Shown here: piece by piece, positions 42,577-51,747 of the stretch
How positions within the stretch are numbered: position 1 is the stretch's first letter
Layout: each line of letters begins with the position of its first letter
Assembly (NCBI GenBank): GCA_038118725.1
Contig: JAYOIK010000003.1
Location: forward strand, 1,485-65,484
Reading direction: 5' to 3'
Origin: Alphaproteobacteria bacterium
GTDB taxonomy: Bacteria > Pseudomonadota > Alphaproteobacteria > Thalassobaculales > Thalassobaculaceae
Length of the DNA: 64,000 nt
The notes under the pieces: generated by a model
The model's database searches: none
Seen by the model: the letters and a program-made list of their open reading frames with translations, nothing else
Told to the model about the DNA's origin: nothing
Program-made: the position numbers and the translations under genes

Positions 42577-43911
42577 GTGCAGATGTCCGTCGTCAATCCC
42601 GTGCTCTACGTACCGGTTGAAAGCCAGAACCGGGAACTCGACTCGAAACTTCTGATCGCCGGAGCGGTCGCGGCGGCGGGCGTCAAGGTGGTGTTGGGCT
42701 GGCAACGGACGGTGGTCACGAATTTCGCGAACCTGCCGCCGGGAATGGTCCTGCTGAAAGGGCTCAACAAGATTCAACGCGGACATATGCGGCGAGCCAG
42801 GAACGCGGGCCATCTCGTTACCGCGATCGACGAGGAAGGCTTCGCTATCTCCGATCCCGAATGTCTGCTGAAGGATATCGACCCGAATGTCGCGGAGTTT
42901 TGTCACAGGGTTTACGCTCCGCACCCGACCTATCGTCGGGTGCTTCTGGAGAATCGTGACTTTGGCGCTGACCAAGTGCTCGTCACCGGCAATCCCAGGA
43001 CTGACCTGACCCGTCCTCCATTTAGCGAGATCCTGCGCGACGAAGCCGACACTCTGGCGGCGAAGCACGGGCCGATGGTGCTAGTGAACTCGAATACCTG
43101 CGCGGTGAACTCCGCCTGGGGCGATCTCGATCGATACTTTCGGGTCTGCGCCGAAATCGGCTGGCTCGATCCCAATGACCCCAAGGGTCATCAGACTTTC
43201 CACGACCATGTCCAGCATGACCAAGCTAGTTTCCTGGCCATGCGCGAGGCTCTGGAACTGTTTCATGTCGCCCTGCCGACCCATGACATCGTTATCCGGC
43301 CCCATCCCTCCGAGCGCTTCGAGCCTTGGTTCGACCGTTACGATCATCGTGAGCGCTTTCATGTCATCGGCGAGGGTAACAACCTCGCCTGGATCATGGC
43401 CGCCGACCTGGTGCTGCACACCAGTTGCACCACCGGTTCCGAGGCCGCGCTCATGGGGCGACCGGTGATTTCCCTGGTTCCCGACGGGGCTTGCGTGGCC
43501 CATTGGTATATCAGCAACAAGGTCAACCCGGTCGCGCGTTCCCCCGAAGAGGCGGCTGACATGGCCAGGCGCTATCTGGTCGATGGCGAGGATGTCTTCG
43601 CGGTTGGTCGGGGAGCGCGCGAAGCCAATATGCGGGAATTCTTCTCCCTCGGCGCCGAGAGGCAGTCGCATGAGCGGATTGCGTCCGACATCCTCGGATG
43701 TTTCGGCCGGGCTATTGACCGGAGTTACCACTGGCGGATCGAACGACTAAACGTGCTTCAGGAATCGATCGCCGAAAGTAATAAGAACGATTTCGATCTC
43801 GCCGCGCTGGAACAACGTCTCGACCTGCTCGAACGCTTCGCCGATGGATATAAAAAGCCGAAAGCCCGCCGCGTTCACGACGAACTATTCATGCTTGAAG
43901 CCAGGGATTAA
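42577..43911 (+). CDS. putative surface carbohydrate biosynthesis protein (family assignment tentative)
   Basis: The N-terminus LYVPVESQNRELDSKLLIAGAVAAAG resembles what I recall of the 'surface carbohydrate biosynthesis protein' family. I identified no catalytic motif. Confidence 0.45.
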   Translation: MQMSVVNPVLYVPVESQNRELDSKLLIAGAVAAAGVKVVLGWQRTVVTNFANLPPGMVLLKGLNKIQRGHMRRARNAGHLVTAIDEEGFAISDPECLLKDIDPNVAEFCHRVYAPHPTYRRVLLENRDFGADQVLVTGNPRTDLTRPPFSEILRDEADTLAAKHGPMVLVNSNTCAVNSAWGDLDRYFRVCAEIGWLDPNDPKGHQTFHDHVQHDQASFLAMREALELFHVALPTHDIVIRPHPSERFEPWFDRYDHRERFHVIGEGNNLAWIMAADLVLHTSCTTGSEAALMGRPVISLVPDGACVAHWYISNKVNPVARSPEEAADMARRYLVDGEDVFAVGRGAREANMREFFSLGAERQSHERIASDILGCFGRAIDRSYHWRIERLNVLQESIAESNKNDFDLAALEQRLDLLERFADGYKKPKARRVHDELFMLEARD

Positions 43912-44768
43912 CCAAGGAAGTCCTTGGTCCAGCGTTGATAGTCCTCGTCGCGGGTGACCCGCTTCATCAGATCCGCCGACGCGACGCCCTTGAGGTCCTT
44001 TGGCTGGGTGCCGTCCCGCAGCGCCTTCAGGGTGTCATGCACCGCCTGGACCGCGGCCGAAAAGGGTTGATGGCCTTGCAGGCAGATCCGCACGTTCCGC
44101 GATGACAGATAGTCGAGATCCATCATGTCCGGGCCGGCGCTACCGAGTATGAAGGGCAGCTTTATGGCCGCGGCCGCTTTGTCGAGCTCGTCTCGGCTCT
44201 TGACGCCGACCAGGAAGATCGCGTCGACCCCCGCCGCCTCATAGGCCTGGGCTCGCACGATGGCATCGTCGATGCCGGTCACCGCCGCCGCGCTGGTGCG
44301 GCCCGCGATCACCAGATCCGGGTCCTTGCGGCCCTCTAGCGCGCCTTTCATCTTGCCGACGCCTTCCTCGACCGAGAGCAGTTTGGTCTGGCCGACCGAA
44401 CCGAAGGGTTGCGGAAGATCGGTATCCTCGATCGACATGCCGGAGATGCCGGCCATCTCCAATTCCTCGACCGTGCGCTTGACGTTGAGCGCGTTGCCGT
44501 AGCCGTGGTCGGCGTCGACCATCAGCGGGATCTCGGAGGCCCGGTTGATCCGCTGCGCCTGTTGCGCGAATTCCGAGAGGGTGAGAACAATCAGGTCCGG
44601 CGCGCCGAGCACGGTGAAGGACGCGATCGATCCGGCGAACATGCCGATCTCGAAGCCGATATCCTCGGCGATGCGGGCCGAGATCGGATCGAAGACCGAG
44701 CCCGGATGGACACAGCGGTCACCGTTTAGTACGGCGCGGAAGCGCTTGCGACGGTCGTTGAAACGCAT
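43908..44768 (-). CDS. isocitrate lyase/PEP mutase superfamily protein, oxaloacetate decarboxylase (PA4872)-like
   Basis: FRAVLNGDRCVHPGSVFDPISARIAEDIGFE...LMVDADHGYGNALNVKRTVEELEMAGISGMSIEDT is close to the motifs I recall for PA4872-type oxaloacetate decarboxylases. Confidence 0.8.
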   Translation of the reverse strand: MRFNDRRKRFRAVLNGDRCVHPGSVFDPISARIAEDIGFEIGMFAGSIASFTVLGAPDLIVLTLSEFAQQAQRINRASEIPLMVDADHGYGNALNVKRTVEELEMAGISGMSIEDTDLPQPFGSVGQTKLLSVEEGVGKMKGALEGRKDPDLVIAGRTSAAAVTGIDDAIVRAQAYEAAGVDAIFLVGVKSRDELDKAAAAIKLPFILGSAGPDMMDLDYLSSRNVRICLQGHQPFSAAVQAVHDTLKALRDGTQPKDLKGVASADLMKRVTRDEDYQRWTKDFLG

Positions 44769-44834
44769 GGAGAGGCTCCAGAGGTGAATGGATTGCGTGG
44801 TTAAAGTTTAGTGTTTGCCCGTCCGGCGCTAAGC

Positions 44835-44940
44835 CGTCGTACTGGCGCAAGGCAGGACCTCACGGCGCCGGCCATCCCGGTGCTGTCCGCTCGCATGATT
44901 TGGCGCGGGCAAGAGGCCCTGCCTTGCGGCAGGGCGACGG
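44835..44940. repeat. ~105-bp palindromic repeat element (CGTCGTCCTGGCGCAAGG family)
   Basis: Left CGTCGTACTGGCGCAAGGCAGGACCTCACG (44835-44864). Right AAGAGGCCCTGCCTTGCGGCAGGGCGACGG (44911-44940). It lies between the SDR gene stop and the ICL/PEPM-family gene start. Confidence 0.8.
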
Positions 44941-44993
44941 AGCGCCGGAGTCGGTCCACAAGGGCTCGAGCATCCGGCCAACGCCCCCGAGCC

Positions 44994-45761
44994 TCAAGAG
45001 CGGCCCGCCGAGACACCGCCGTCGACCATGTAGACGCCGCCGGTGCAGAACGAGCCTTCGTCCGAGCCGAGGAACAGCATCAGCCGCGCGACCTCCTCGG
45101 GCTCGCCGTAACGCCGTAGCGGGGTGAAGTCGGCCATCGGTTGGGCGTTACCCCGGTTCGGGTTGATGGTGTCCTCAAGGCGGGTGATCATGTCGGTGTC
45201 GATGGGCGAGGGGTTCACGGTATTGACGCGGATCTTGTCCTTCGCGCCTTCCATGGCGCCGGAGCGCATCAGGCCGATCACCGCGTGCTTGCTGGCGATA
45301 TAGGGGCTAAGACGGGGCACCGCCCGTATTCCGGCGGTGGACGAAGTGATCACGATGGACCCGCCGCCGCGCTTGGCGATTTCCGGCATTGTGTATTTCA
45401 GGCCCAGCCAGACGCCGCGCACGTTGACCGCGATGACCTTGTCGAAATCTTCCTCGCTCTGATCCGGAATAAGGGCGATCTTACCCTCGATCCCCGCGTT
45501 CAGCAGCGAGACATCGACACCGCCGAAGCGCTCGACCGTCGCGGCGATGTAGCCTTTGACCTGCTCGGCGTCGGTGACGTCGGCGGCCATGTAGGCGCAT
45601 TTGTCTTCGCCGATCTGTTTGGCCGTTTCGGCGAGCTTGTCTTTGTTGAGATCGACGAGCATGACCTTGGCGCCCTCGGCGGTGAACAGCCGCGCCGCCG
45701 CCCGGCCGATGCCGCCGGATCCTCCGGTAATGATCGCGACCTTGTTGTCGAGCTTGCCCAT
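44994..45761 (-). CDS. SDR family oxidoreductase
   Basis: KVAIITGGSGGIGRAAA...NAGI...YIASKHAV are classical SDR motifs (TGxxxGIG, NAG, YxxxK). Confidence 0.9.
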   Translation of the reverse strand: MGKLDNKVAIITGGSGGIGRAAARLFTAEGAKVMLVDLNKDKLAETAKQIGEDKCAYMAADVTDAEQVKGYIAATVERFGGVDVSLLNAGIEGKIALIPDQSEEDFDKVIAVNVRGVWLGLKYTMPEIAKRGGGSIVITSSTAGIRAVPRLSPYIASKHAVIGLMRSGAMEGAKDKIRVNTVNPSPIDTDMITRLEDTINPNRGNAQPMADFTPLRRYGEPEEVARLMLFLGSDEGSFCTGGVYMVDGGVSAGRS

Positions 45762-45938
45762 GAGGTGTCCTCCCGTCGATGATATGTTCCGGGCATTCAG
45801 CCGCTTCCGCCACGCGCTGGCAAGTCGGTATGACGAGGGACGGGGAAATTGACCGACACCTGGCTTACCGATCGCCTATGTGTTCACGGGCCGGCGATAG
45901 GGGAACGGGTCGATGGTTGAAAGAAGAGAAGGGCTTGG

Positions 45939-46400
45939 ATGAAACGCTTATTGGTCGTGGCCCATATCCCCTCGCCAAACACCCTGAGATTGCGTGACGC
46001 CGTGCTCTCGGGGGCTGGACATCCCGACATCGAGGGGGTCGAGGTGGTGGTGAAAACCCCGTTCGAGGCCGGCCCAGACGACGTCCTGGCCGCGGACGCG
46101 ATCATTCTCGGGACCACCGAGAATCTCGGGTATATGAGCGGTGCATTGAAGGACTTTTTTGACCGGACCTACTACCCGGTGCTGGAGATCGCCCAGGGCA
46201 AGCCCTATGCGCTCTATATCCGCGCGGGGATGGATGGAACCGGCACCAGGCGAGGGGTCGAGACCATCATCACCGGCCTCGGATGGCGCGCGGTGCAAGA
46301 TCCGCTGATCTGTCGGGGCAATTGGAACGAGGACTTCGTCGGCCAGTGCGAGGAACTGGGCATGGCCATGGCGGCGGGTTTGGAAGCCGGTGTTTTCTGA
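45939..46400 (+). CDS. flavodoxin-like fold / NAD(P)H-dependent FMN reductase-like protein
   Basis: MKRLLVVAHIPSPNT...ADAIILGTTENLGYMSGALKDFFDR fits the flavodoxin-like pattern. Confidence 0.65.
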   Translation: MKRLLVVAHIPSPNTLRLRDAVLSGAGHPDIEGVEVVVKTPFEAGPDDVLAADAIILGTTENLGYMSGALKDFFDRTYYPVLEIAQGKPYALYIRAGMDGTGTRRGVETIITGLGWRAVQDPLICRGNWNEDFVGQCEELGMAMAAGLEAGVF

Positions 46401-46511
46401 CCAGAGTGTTTTCTTGACGTCGGGCGAGACCGACCTGGCCCGCCCTGGCCAAGACGCGGTCGGGCTTTCTATACTCCCGCGTCTCGAACCGGACGGCGGG
46501 AGTAGAACGGG

Positions 46512-47435
46512 ATGAAGATCGCGATCATGGGCACGGGCGGGATGGGAGCCTATTACGGCGCGAATCTCGCCGCAATCGGTCGGGAGGTCGCCTTCATCGC
46601 CCGCGGCGCGCACCTGGAAGCCATCAGGCGCGACGGCTTGTTGCTGACCGGTGATGCCGGCGACCGACTGATTAATCCCGCGGTCGCCAATGATGATCCT
46701 CGTGAGATCGGGCCGGTCGACGTAGTGCTGTTTTGTGTCAAAATCTATGACGTGGAGTCGGCGGCCCAGGCGATCCGACCGCTTTTGCATGATCGCACGG
46801 CGGTTATCAGTGTTTTGAACGGGGTCGATGGTCCGGAGCGGATAGCCTCGGTGATCGGCGAGAACCATGTGCTGGGCGGCGCGGCCTATGCCTCCGCCGT
46901 CATCGAGAGGCCCGGCGTGGTCAGCTACAAAAGTACCATGGCATCGCTGGTGATCGGGGCGCTGGATGGCACCGATGATCCCAGGGCCGAGGCCTTTCGG
47001 GAGGTCTGCGAAGGCGCGGCTTTCAACTGCTCTGTCTCCGATAACATTCTCGGCGTGCTCTGGGATAAGTTCACGCTGCTCGCCACCAATGCCGCGCTTT
47101 GTAGTGTGTGCCGGTTGCCGGTGGCCGCGATCTACGCCGAGCCGGATCTGGTCGCCCTGGCGAGGGCGATGATGGAGGAGATCACGACCCTCGCGCGCGC
47201 TCGGGGAATCTCGGTGACCGAGGATATCGTCGAGACGTCGATCGCGCGCTCGAAGGCGTTTCCACCGGATATGTTCGCCTCGATGTATCATGATCTGGCC
47301 CGGGGCCGTCCGATGGAACTGGAGGGCCTGTCCGGTGCCGTCGCCCGGCTCGGCGCCGAGAGCGCCGTCGCGACCCCGAACCACGCGGCGCTCCATGCTT
47401 GTCTGAAACCCTATATGAAGGGAGCGCCCGCATGA
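46512..47435 (+). CDS. 2-dehydropantoate 2-reductase family (ApbA/PanE-like) oxidoreductase, second copy
   Basis: MKIAIMGTGGMGAYYGANLAAIGREVAFIARG...NGVDG...SMYHDLARGRPMELEGLSG. Confidence 0.8.
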   Translation: MKIAIMGTGGMGAYYGANLAAIGREVAFIARGAHLEAIRRDGLLLTGDAGDRLINPAVANDDPREIGPVDVVLFCVKIYDVESAAQAIRPLLHDRTAVISVLNGVDGPERIASVIGENHVLGGAAYASAVIERPGVVSYKSTMASLVIGALDGTDDPRAEAFREVCEGAAFNCSVSDNILGVLWDKFTLLATNAALCSVCRLPVAAIYAEPDLVALARAMMEEITTLARARGISVTEDIVETSIARSKAFPPDMFASMYHDLARGRPMELEGLSGAVARLGAESAVATPNHAALHACLKPYMKGAPA

Positions 47436-48877
47436 CCGCGCCAAGGATCAGCGTCCGGGAGATCGAGATTCTTGAACGCCCGGTGGTGCTGCGGCTGCCG
47501 TTTCGCTTTGGCGTCATAACCTTGCGGGAATGCCCGCAGAGCTTCGCGCGCGTCCTGGTTGATGTCGAGGGTGTCGGCGAGGCCTGGGGCATGGCCGCCG
47601 AGGCGCTGGCGCCGAAATGGTTCGACAAGAACCCGGAGCTCAGCAACGACGACAATCTGGACCAGTTGCGCGAGGCCCTGAGGATCGCGAGTTCCGCGTA
47701 TGTCGCCGCAGAACCGACGACGGCGTTTGGCTTGTTCCAGGGCTGCTACGCCAACCAGATCGCCAAGGGAGGGGAGGCTGGGTTGCCGTCGCTTGCCGCT
47801 GGATATGGTCAGGCCTTGCTCGACCGCGCGGTGCTGGACGCGGTCTGTGTCGCCGAGGGGAGCACGCTCGTCCAAGCAATCCAATCCAATCTGCCGGGCA
47901 TGACGACGGAAATGACACCGGAACTCTCGGGATTTGATCTCGACGGCTTCCTCGCCAGGTTGTCGCCGTTGAACAAGGTCGCCGCCAGGCACACGGTGGG
48001 GATGATCGATCCGCTGGTCGCCGCCGATCAAGGCGCCGGGGATCGCCTCGACGATGGGTTGCCCGAAACCCTGGAGGAGGTGATCTCCAGCTACGGTATC
48101 CGGCATTTCAAGATCAAGATCACCGGAGATGTCGACGAGGACGCCGAGCGGCTCTCTCGGGTCGCGGAGACGTTGAACATCATACCGGGTGCTTACGAGG
48201 CCTCGATCGACGGCAACGAGCAATACACGGACGAAGCGGGTGTACTGGAACTGCTCTCGTGCCTCGACGGGGTGGATAGCCCGGCGCTGCAACGACTGCT
48301 GGCCTCGACGATCTATATTGAGCAGCCGATCAACCGGGCGGTCAGTTTGGATACACCGGTGCATGGGATCGCGGCCCGGGCGCCGTTGATCATTGATGAG
48401 TCCGACGGTGCCCTTGATGCCTTTCCCACGCATCGTCCGCTTGGCTATACCGGAGTTTCCAGCAAAACCTGCAAGGGGTTCTACAAGTCGATCCTGAACG
48501 CCGCCCGCTGTCGGCAATGGACCGCCGAGGGGGACGGTAGGCGCTATTTCCTCACCGGCGAGGACCTGACCCTACAGGCGGGCGTCGCGCTGCAGCAGGA
48601 TCTCGCCCTGATTTCCATCCTCGGCATCGAGCATGCCGAGAGGAACGGCCATCACTACACCCACGGCATGATCGCGGCGGCCGCGGACGAGCAGGCGCGG
48701 TTCCTGGCGGCCTATCCCGACCTTTACCGCGACCACGACGGTGTTACCTGCGCGCGGATCGAGAACGGGGCCATGTCCTCGGCCGGCGTGCTCGCCAAGC
48801 CTGGATGGGGGAGCGCCGTCACTCCGGATTGGAGCCGCATGACGTCGTCACAATCGCATCGTCGCGCGGCGGGTTGA
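47432..48877 (+). CDS. divergent enolase-superfamily enzyme (MR/MLE-type catalytic motifs)
   Basis: ATGA start/stop overlap with the preceding gene. Motifs: FKIKITG (KxK), SIDGNEQY (Asp), YIEQP (Glu), IIDESD (Asp), VSSKTCKG (Lys). Spacings K->D 31, E->D 25 and D->K 23 match MLE-type barrels. Confidence 0.7.
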   Translation: MTAPRISVREIEILERPVVLRLPFRFGVITLRECPQSFARVLVDVEGVGEAWGMAAEALAPKWFDKNPELSNDDNLDQLREALRIASSAYVAAEPTTAFGLFQGCYANQIAKGGEAGLPSLAAGYGQALLDRAVLDAVCVAEGSTLVQAIQSNLPGMTTEMTPELSGFDLDGFLARLSPLNKVAARHTVGMIDPLVAADQGAGDRLDDGLPETLEEVISSYGIRHFKIKITGDVDEDAERLSRVAETLNIIPGAYEASIDGNEQYTDEAGVLELLSCLDGVDSPALQRLLASTIYIEQPINRAVSLDTPVHGIAARAPLIIDESDGALDAFPTHRPLGYTGVSSKTCKGFYKSILNAARCRQWTAEGDGRRYFLTGEDLTLQAGVALQQDLALISILGIEHAERNGHHYTHGMIAAAADEQARFLAAYPDLYRDHDGVTCARIENGAMSSAGVLAKPGWGSAVTPDWSRMTSSQSHRRAAG

Positions 48878-48889
48878 GTTGGAGGCACA

Positions 48890-49354
48890 ATGACGACGGC
48901 AATCGGCGATATCTATGTCGACGGTGACGCTTGCCCAGTAAAGGCCGAGGTGGTGCGCGTCGCCGAGCGTCACGCCATGACGGTTCACATGGTCTCGAAC
49001 GCCTATATGCGGCTCCCCGAGAGCCCGCTGGTGCGCCGGGTCGTGGTCTCCGACGGTTTCGACGCCGCCGATGACTGGATCGCCGAACGGGCAGGGGAGC
49101 GCGATATCGTGATTACCGCCGATATCCCATTGGCTTCACGCTGTTTGGAACGCGGCGCCGATGTGATCGGGCCCACCGGTCGTCCTTTCGATCGTCAGAA
49201 TATCGGCAACGCCATGGCCATGCGCGAGCTTAAATCCTTCCTGCGCGACACTGGCGAGATTCGCGATCACGCCCCGGCCTTCGCCAAACAGGACCGTTCT
49301 CGGTTTCTGCAAAAGCTCGAGGAAGCCATTCAGGCGATCAAACGCCGCCCCTAA
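48890..49354 (+). CDS. YaiI/YqxD family protein (UPF0178/DUF188)
   Basis: IYVDGDACPVKAEVVRVAERH...VITADIPLASRCLERGA is the typical UPF0178 sequence. Confidence 0.85.
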   Translation: MTTAIGDIYVDGDACPVKAEVVRVAERHAMTVHMVSNAYMRLPESPLVRRVVVSDGFDAADDWIAERAGERDIVITADIPLASRCLERGADVIGPTGRPFDRQNIGNAMAMRELKSFLRDTGEIRDHAPAFAKQDRSRFLQKLEEAIQAIKRRP

Positions 49355-49395
49355 GGGTGTCGCGGCGATCGGAGGATGACTGCGTTCGCGTGGGC

Positions 49396-51486
49396 CTATT
49401 CGCGCGGGATGATCAGCGCGTCGACCGCGACCGCGCCCTTGGGCAGAACGATGAACGGGTTGACGTCGATGGATTCGACGGTCTCGGCGTTGGCGGCTGC
49501 GAAGACGCTGAGTTTCGAGAGCGCGTCGGCCAGCGCGTCGATGTCCGAGGGCGGCGCGCCACGCACGCCGTCGAGCATCGCGCGTCCGCGAATGCCGTCG
49601 ATCATCCGCCGTGCCTCGTCGGCGCCGAAGGGCGCGACCCGGAAGGTCACGTCCTTCAGGACCTCCACGAAGACCCCGCCGATGCCGAACATCACCACCG
49701 GGCCGAAGACCGGATCGCGGACCACGCCCATGACCGTCTCGACACCGCCGTTGATCATCTCGGCGACGATAACTCCGTCGATCCGGGCGTCCGGCTTTGC
49801 GGCGCGGGCACGCTCCAGCAGCGTGGCATGACCCTCGCGGACCGCGGCCTCGCCATCGACGTTCAGCAGCACGCCGCCGATCTCGGTCTTGTGCGGCAGA
49901 TCGGGCGAGGCGATCTTCATCACGACGGGGCCGCCGAAGTCGCGCCATGCGGCGACGCAAGCCTCGGCGTCGTTTGCCAGGGTCTCACGGGCAACGGGAA
50001 TCCCGGCGGAGGCGATGACCCGCTTGGCCTCGTGCTCGCCGACGGAGCGCTCCGGCGCCGGCAGCGCGCCGGCGGGTAGAGCGGGCGGCGCGTCAGGGCG
50101 ACCGCGCTCGAATACCTCGCCGAAATAGCGCAACCCCGCCATCGCCCGCACCGCCAGCGAGTGATCCTCGAAACAGGGATAGCCCAGCGCCTCGTATTTC
50201 TTGCGGCCCTCGGGGGTGGCGATCATGCTCATCATCAACAATTCGTCGGGATATTCCTCGCGCAGGGCCGTGAAGATCTCAAGCGACAATGCCCCGGTGA
50301 ATTGCGAGACCGGCAGGCTGGCCATGTAGAGGATATGCGCGTCATAGCCGCCCTCGTTCATCACGTGGCGCATGCTGTCCTCGAGGAAACGCCGCTCGTT
50401 CAGGACCTGACCGGTGAAGTCGACGGGGTTGTTGACGCCCGCAAAGGGAATCAGATCGAGGATCTTCTTCTGGGTCGCGTCGGGCAGGGGGGCCACGTCA
50501 AAGCCGCGCTTGGTCGAGGCGTCGGCGAGTTGCACGCCGATGCCGCCGGAAATCGTCTGAAGCCCGATCTTGTTGCCCTTGGGATAGCGTCCGAACTGAC
50601 AGGCATAGGCGAGGTCGGCCATCTCCTCGGTGGTCTCGGCCCGATAGGCGCCGTATTGCAGGAACAGACCGTCGAAAACCGCGTCCGCCCCGGCGAGCGA
50701 GGCGGTGTGCGAGGCGGCGGCCCGGGCGCCGGCCTCGGTCGCCCCGACCTTCATGAAAATCACCGGCTTTTCTGCGGCCCGCGCCTTGTCCAGCGCCCGG
50801 CACATCCGCTCGGCATCCTTGATACCCTCGGCATAGGCGACGATCACGCGAATACTGTCGACCTCAGCGTAGTATTCGATGACCTCGGCGACATCGACAT
50901 CGACCTCGTTGCCGGTGGTCACCCAGTGATTGGTGCCGACGCCCCGGTTCTGGGAAATGGTGAAAAGATGTCCGCCATAGGCGCCGCTCTGGGTGACGAT
51001 GCCGATCGGCCCTGGCGGCACCTTGAGGCTGGCGAGCGTGTTGGCGAAGGTGCCGAACCAGCCGATATCCAGGGTGAAGACCCCGAGACAGTTCGGGCCG
51101 ACGATCCGCATGCCGCTTTCCCGCGCGATCCGCGCGATCTCCGCCTGGGCGTCGAGACCGGCCTCGCCGATCTCAGCGAAACCCGAGCTGAAGACCACGG
51201 CGCTTTTCACGCCCGCGTCGGCGCATTCCTGGATGACATCCAGCGCGACGGCGGCGGGGACCGAGATCACCACGCTGTCGACCACCTCCGGCACGTCCTT
51301 GATACTGGGATAGGCCTTCAGGCCCTGCACGGTCTCTCGGCCCGGATTCACCGGATAGAGTCGGCCCTGGTACTTGCCTTCAAGCATTGAGTAAACCGGC
51401 CGTCCGCCGATCCGCGCCGGCGCGTCGGAAGCTCCGATAACGGCGACGGATTGGGGCCGCATGAGCGGATCGAGGGAATGAGCCAT
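49396..51486 (-). CDS. ADP-forming acyl-CoA synthetase (acetate--CoA ligase family; CoA-binding, ligase-CoA and ATP-grasp domains)
   Basis: SVAVIGASDAPARIGGRP...YPVNP...GPNCLG...TQSGA..., with a C-terminal ATP-grasp sequence (VVMKIASPDLPHKTEIGGV). I chose the internal ATG 51486. Confidence 0.85.
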   Translation of the reverse strand: MAHSLDPLMRPQSVAVIGASDAPARIGGRPVYSMLEGKYQGRLYPVNPGRETVQGLKAYPSIKDVPEVVDSVVISVPAAVALDVIQECADAGVKSAVVFSSGFAEIGEAGLDAQAEIARIARESGMRIVGPNCLGVFTLDIGWFGTFANTLASLKVPPGPIGIVTQSGAYGGHLFTISQNRGVGTNHWVTTGNEVDVDVAEVIEYYAEVDSIRVIVAYAEGIKDAERMCRALDKARAAEKPVIFMKVGATEAGARAAASHTASLAGADAVFDGLFLQYGAYRAETTEEMADLAYACQFGRYPKGNKIGLQTISGGIGVQLADASTKRGFDVAPLPDATQKKILDLIPFAGVNNPVDFTGQVLNERRFLEDSMRHVMNEGGYDAHILYMASLPVSQFTGALSLEIFTALREEYPDELLMMSMIATPEGRKKYEALGYPCFEDHSLAVRAMAGLRYFGEVFERGRPDAPPALPAGALPAPERSVGEHEAKRVIASAGIPVARETLANDAEACVAAWRDFGGPVVMKIASPDLPHKTEIGGVLLNVDGEAAVREGHATLLERARAAKPDARIDGVIVAEMINGGVETVMGVVRDPVFGPVVMFGIGGVFVEVLKDVTFRVAPFGADEARRMIDGIRGRAMLDGVRGAPPSDIDALADALSKLSVFAAANAETVESIDVNPFIVLPKGAVAVDALIIPRE

Positions 51487-51747
51487 GGTGAGATATCCTG
51501 AAAAACAAGGGCGAGGCCGTAGGTTAGCCAATGCCATGGTCCCGCGAAACCCGCATCCAGGCCGCGGTCGTTATTGATCACGTGGGAGCGCGCCGGAGTA
51601 ATGCGCTTGTCCGCCGTCCTAGCGGAACGGTTGACGGCGTGTCGTGCTTGGCGCTGGGCCATGGGCGATGGTCTTCTTGCCAGGGAAATCAACCGGTCGA
51701 TATCATGCTCGGGCGGAAACGCTTCATAAGCCCGGACTGGAGTCGAT

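Noticed and set aside
41157-42596. 479-aa minus-strand ORF spanning the cyclase 5' end, the intergenic region and the ketopantoate-reductase-like gene.
   Set aside because: It crosses a promoter region, is antisense to a Rossmann-fold gene with clear motifs, and has a non-coding-like composition.
43908-43911. Overlapping convergent stop codons (TTAA shared by the genes ending at 43911 and 43908), considered as a possible special feature.
   Set aside because: It is a trivial consequence of tight packing and implies no function.
45948-47444. 498-aa ORF antisense to the flavodoxin-like and ApbA/PanE-like genes. Similar cases are 11970-13352, 33985-35292 and 50161-51390.
   Set aside because: All are long antisense frames typical of high-GC DNA. 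In each case the opposite strand encodes a recognisable protein.
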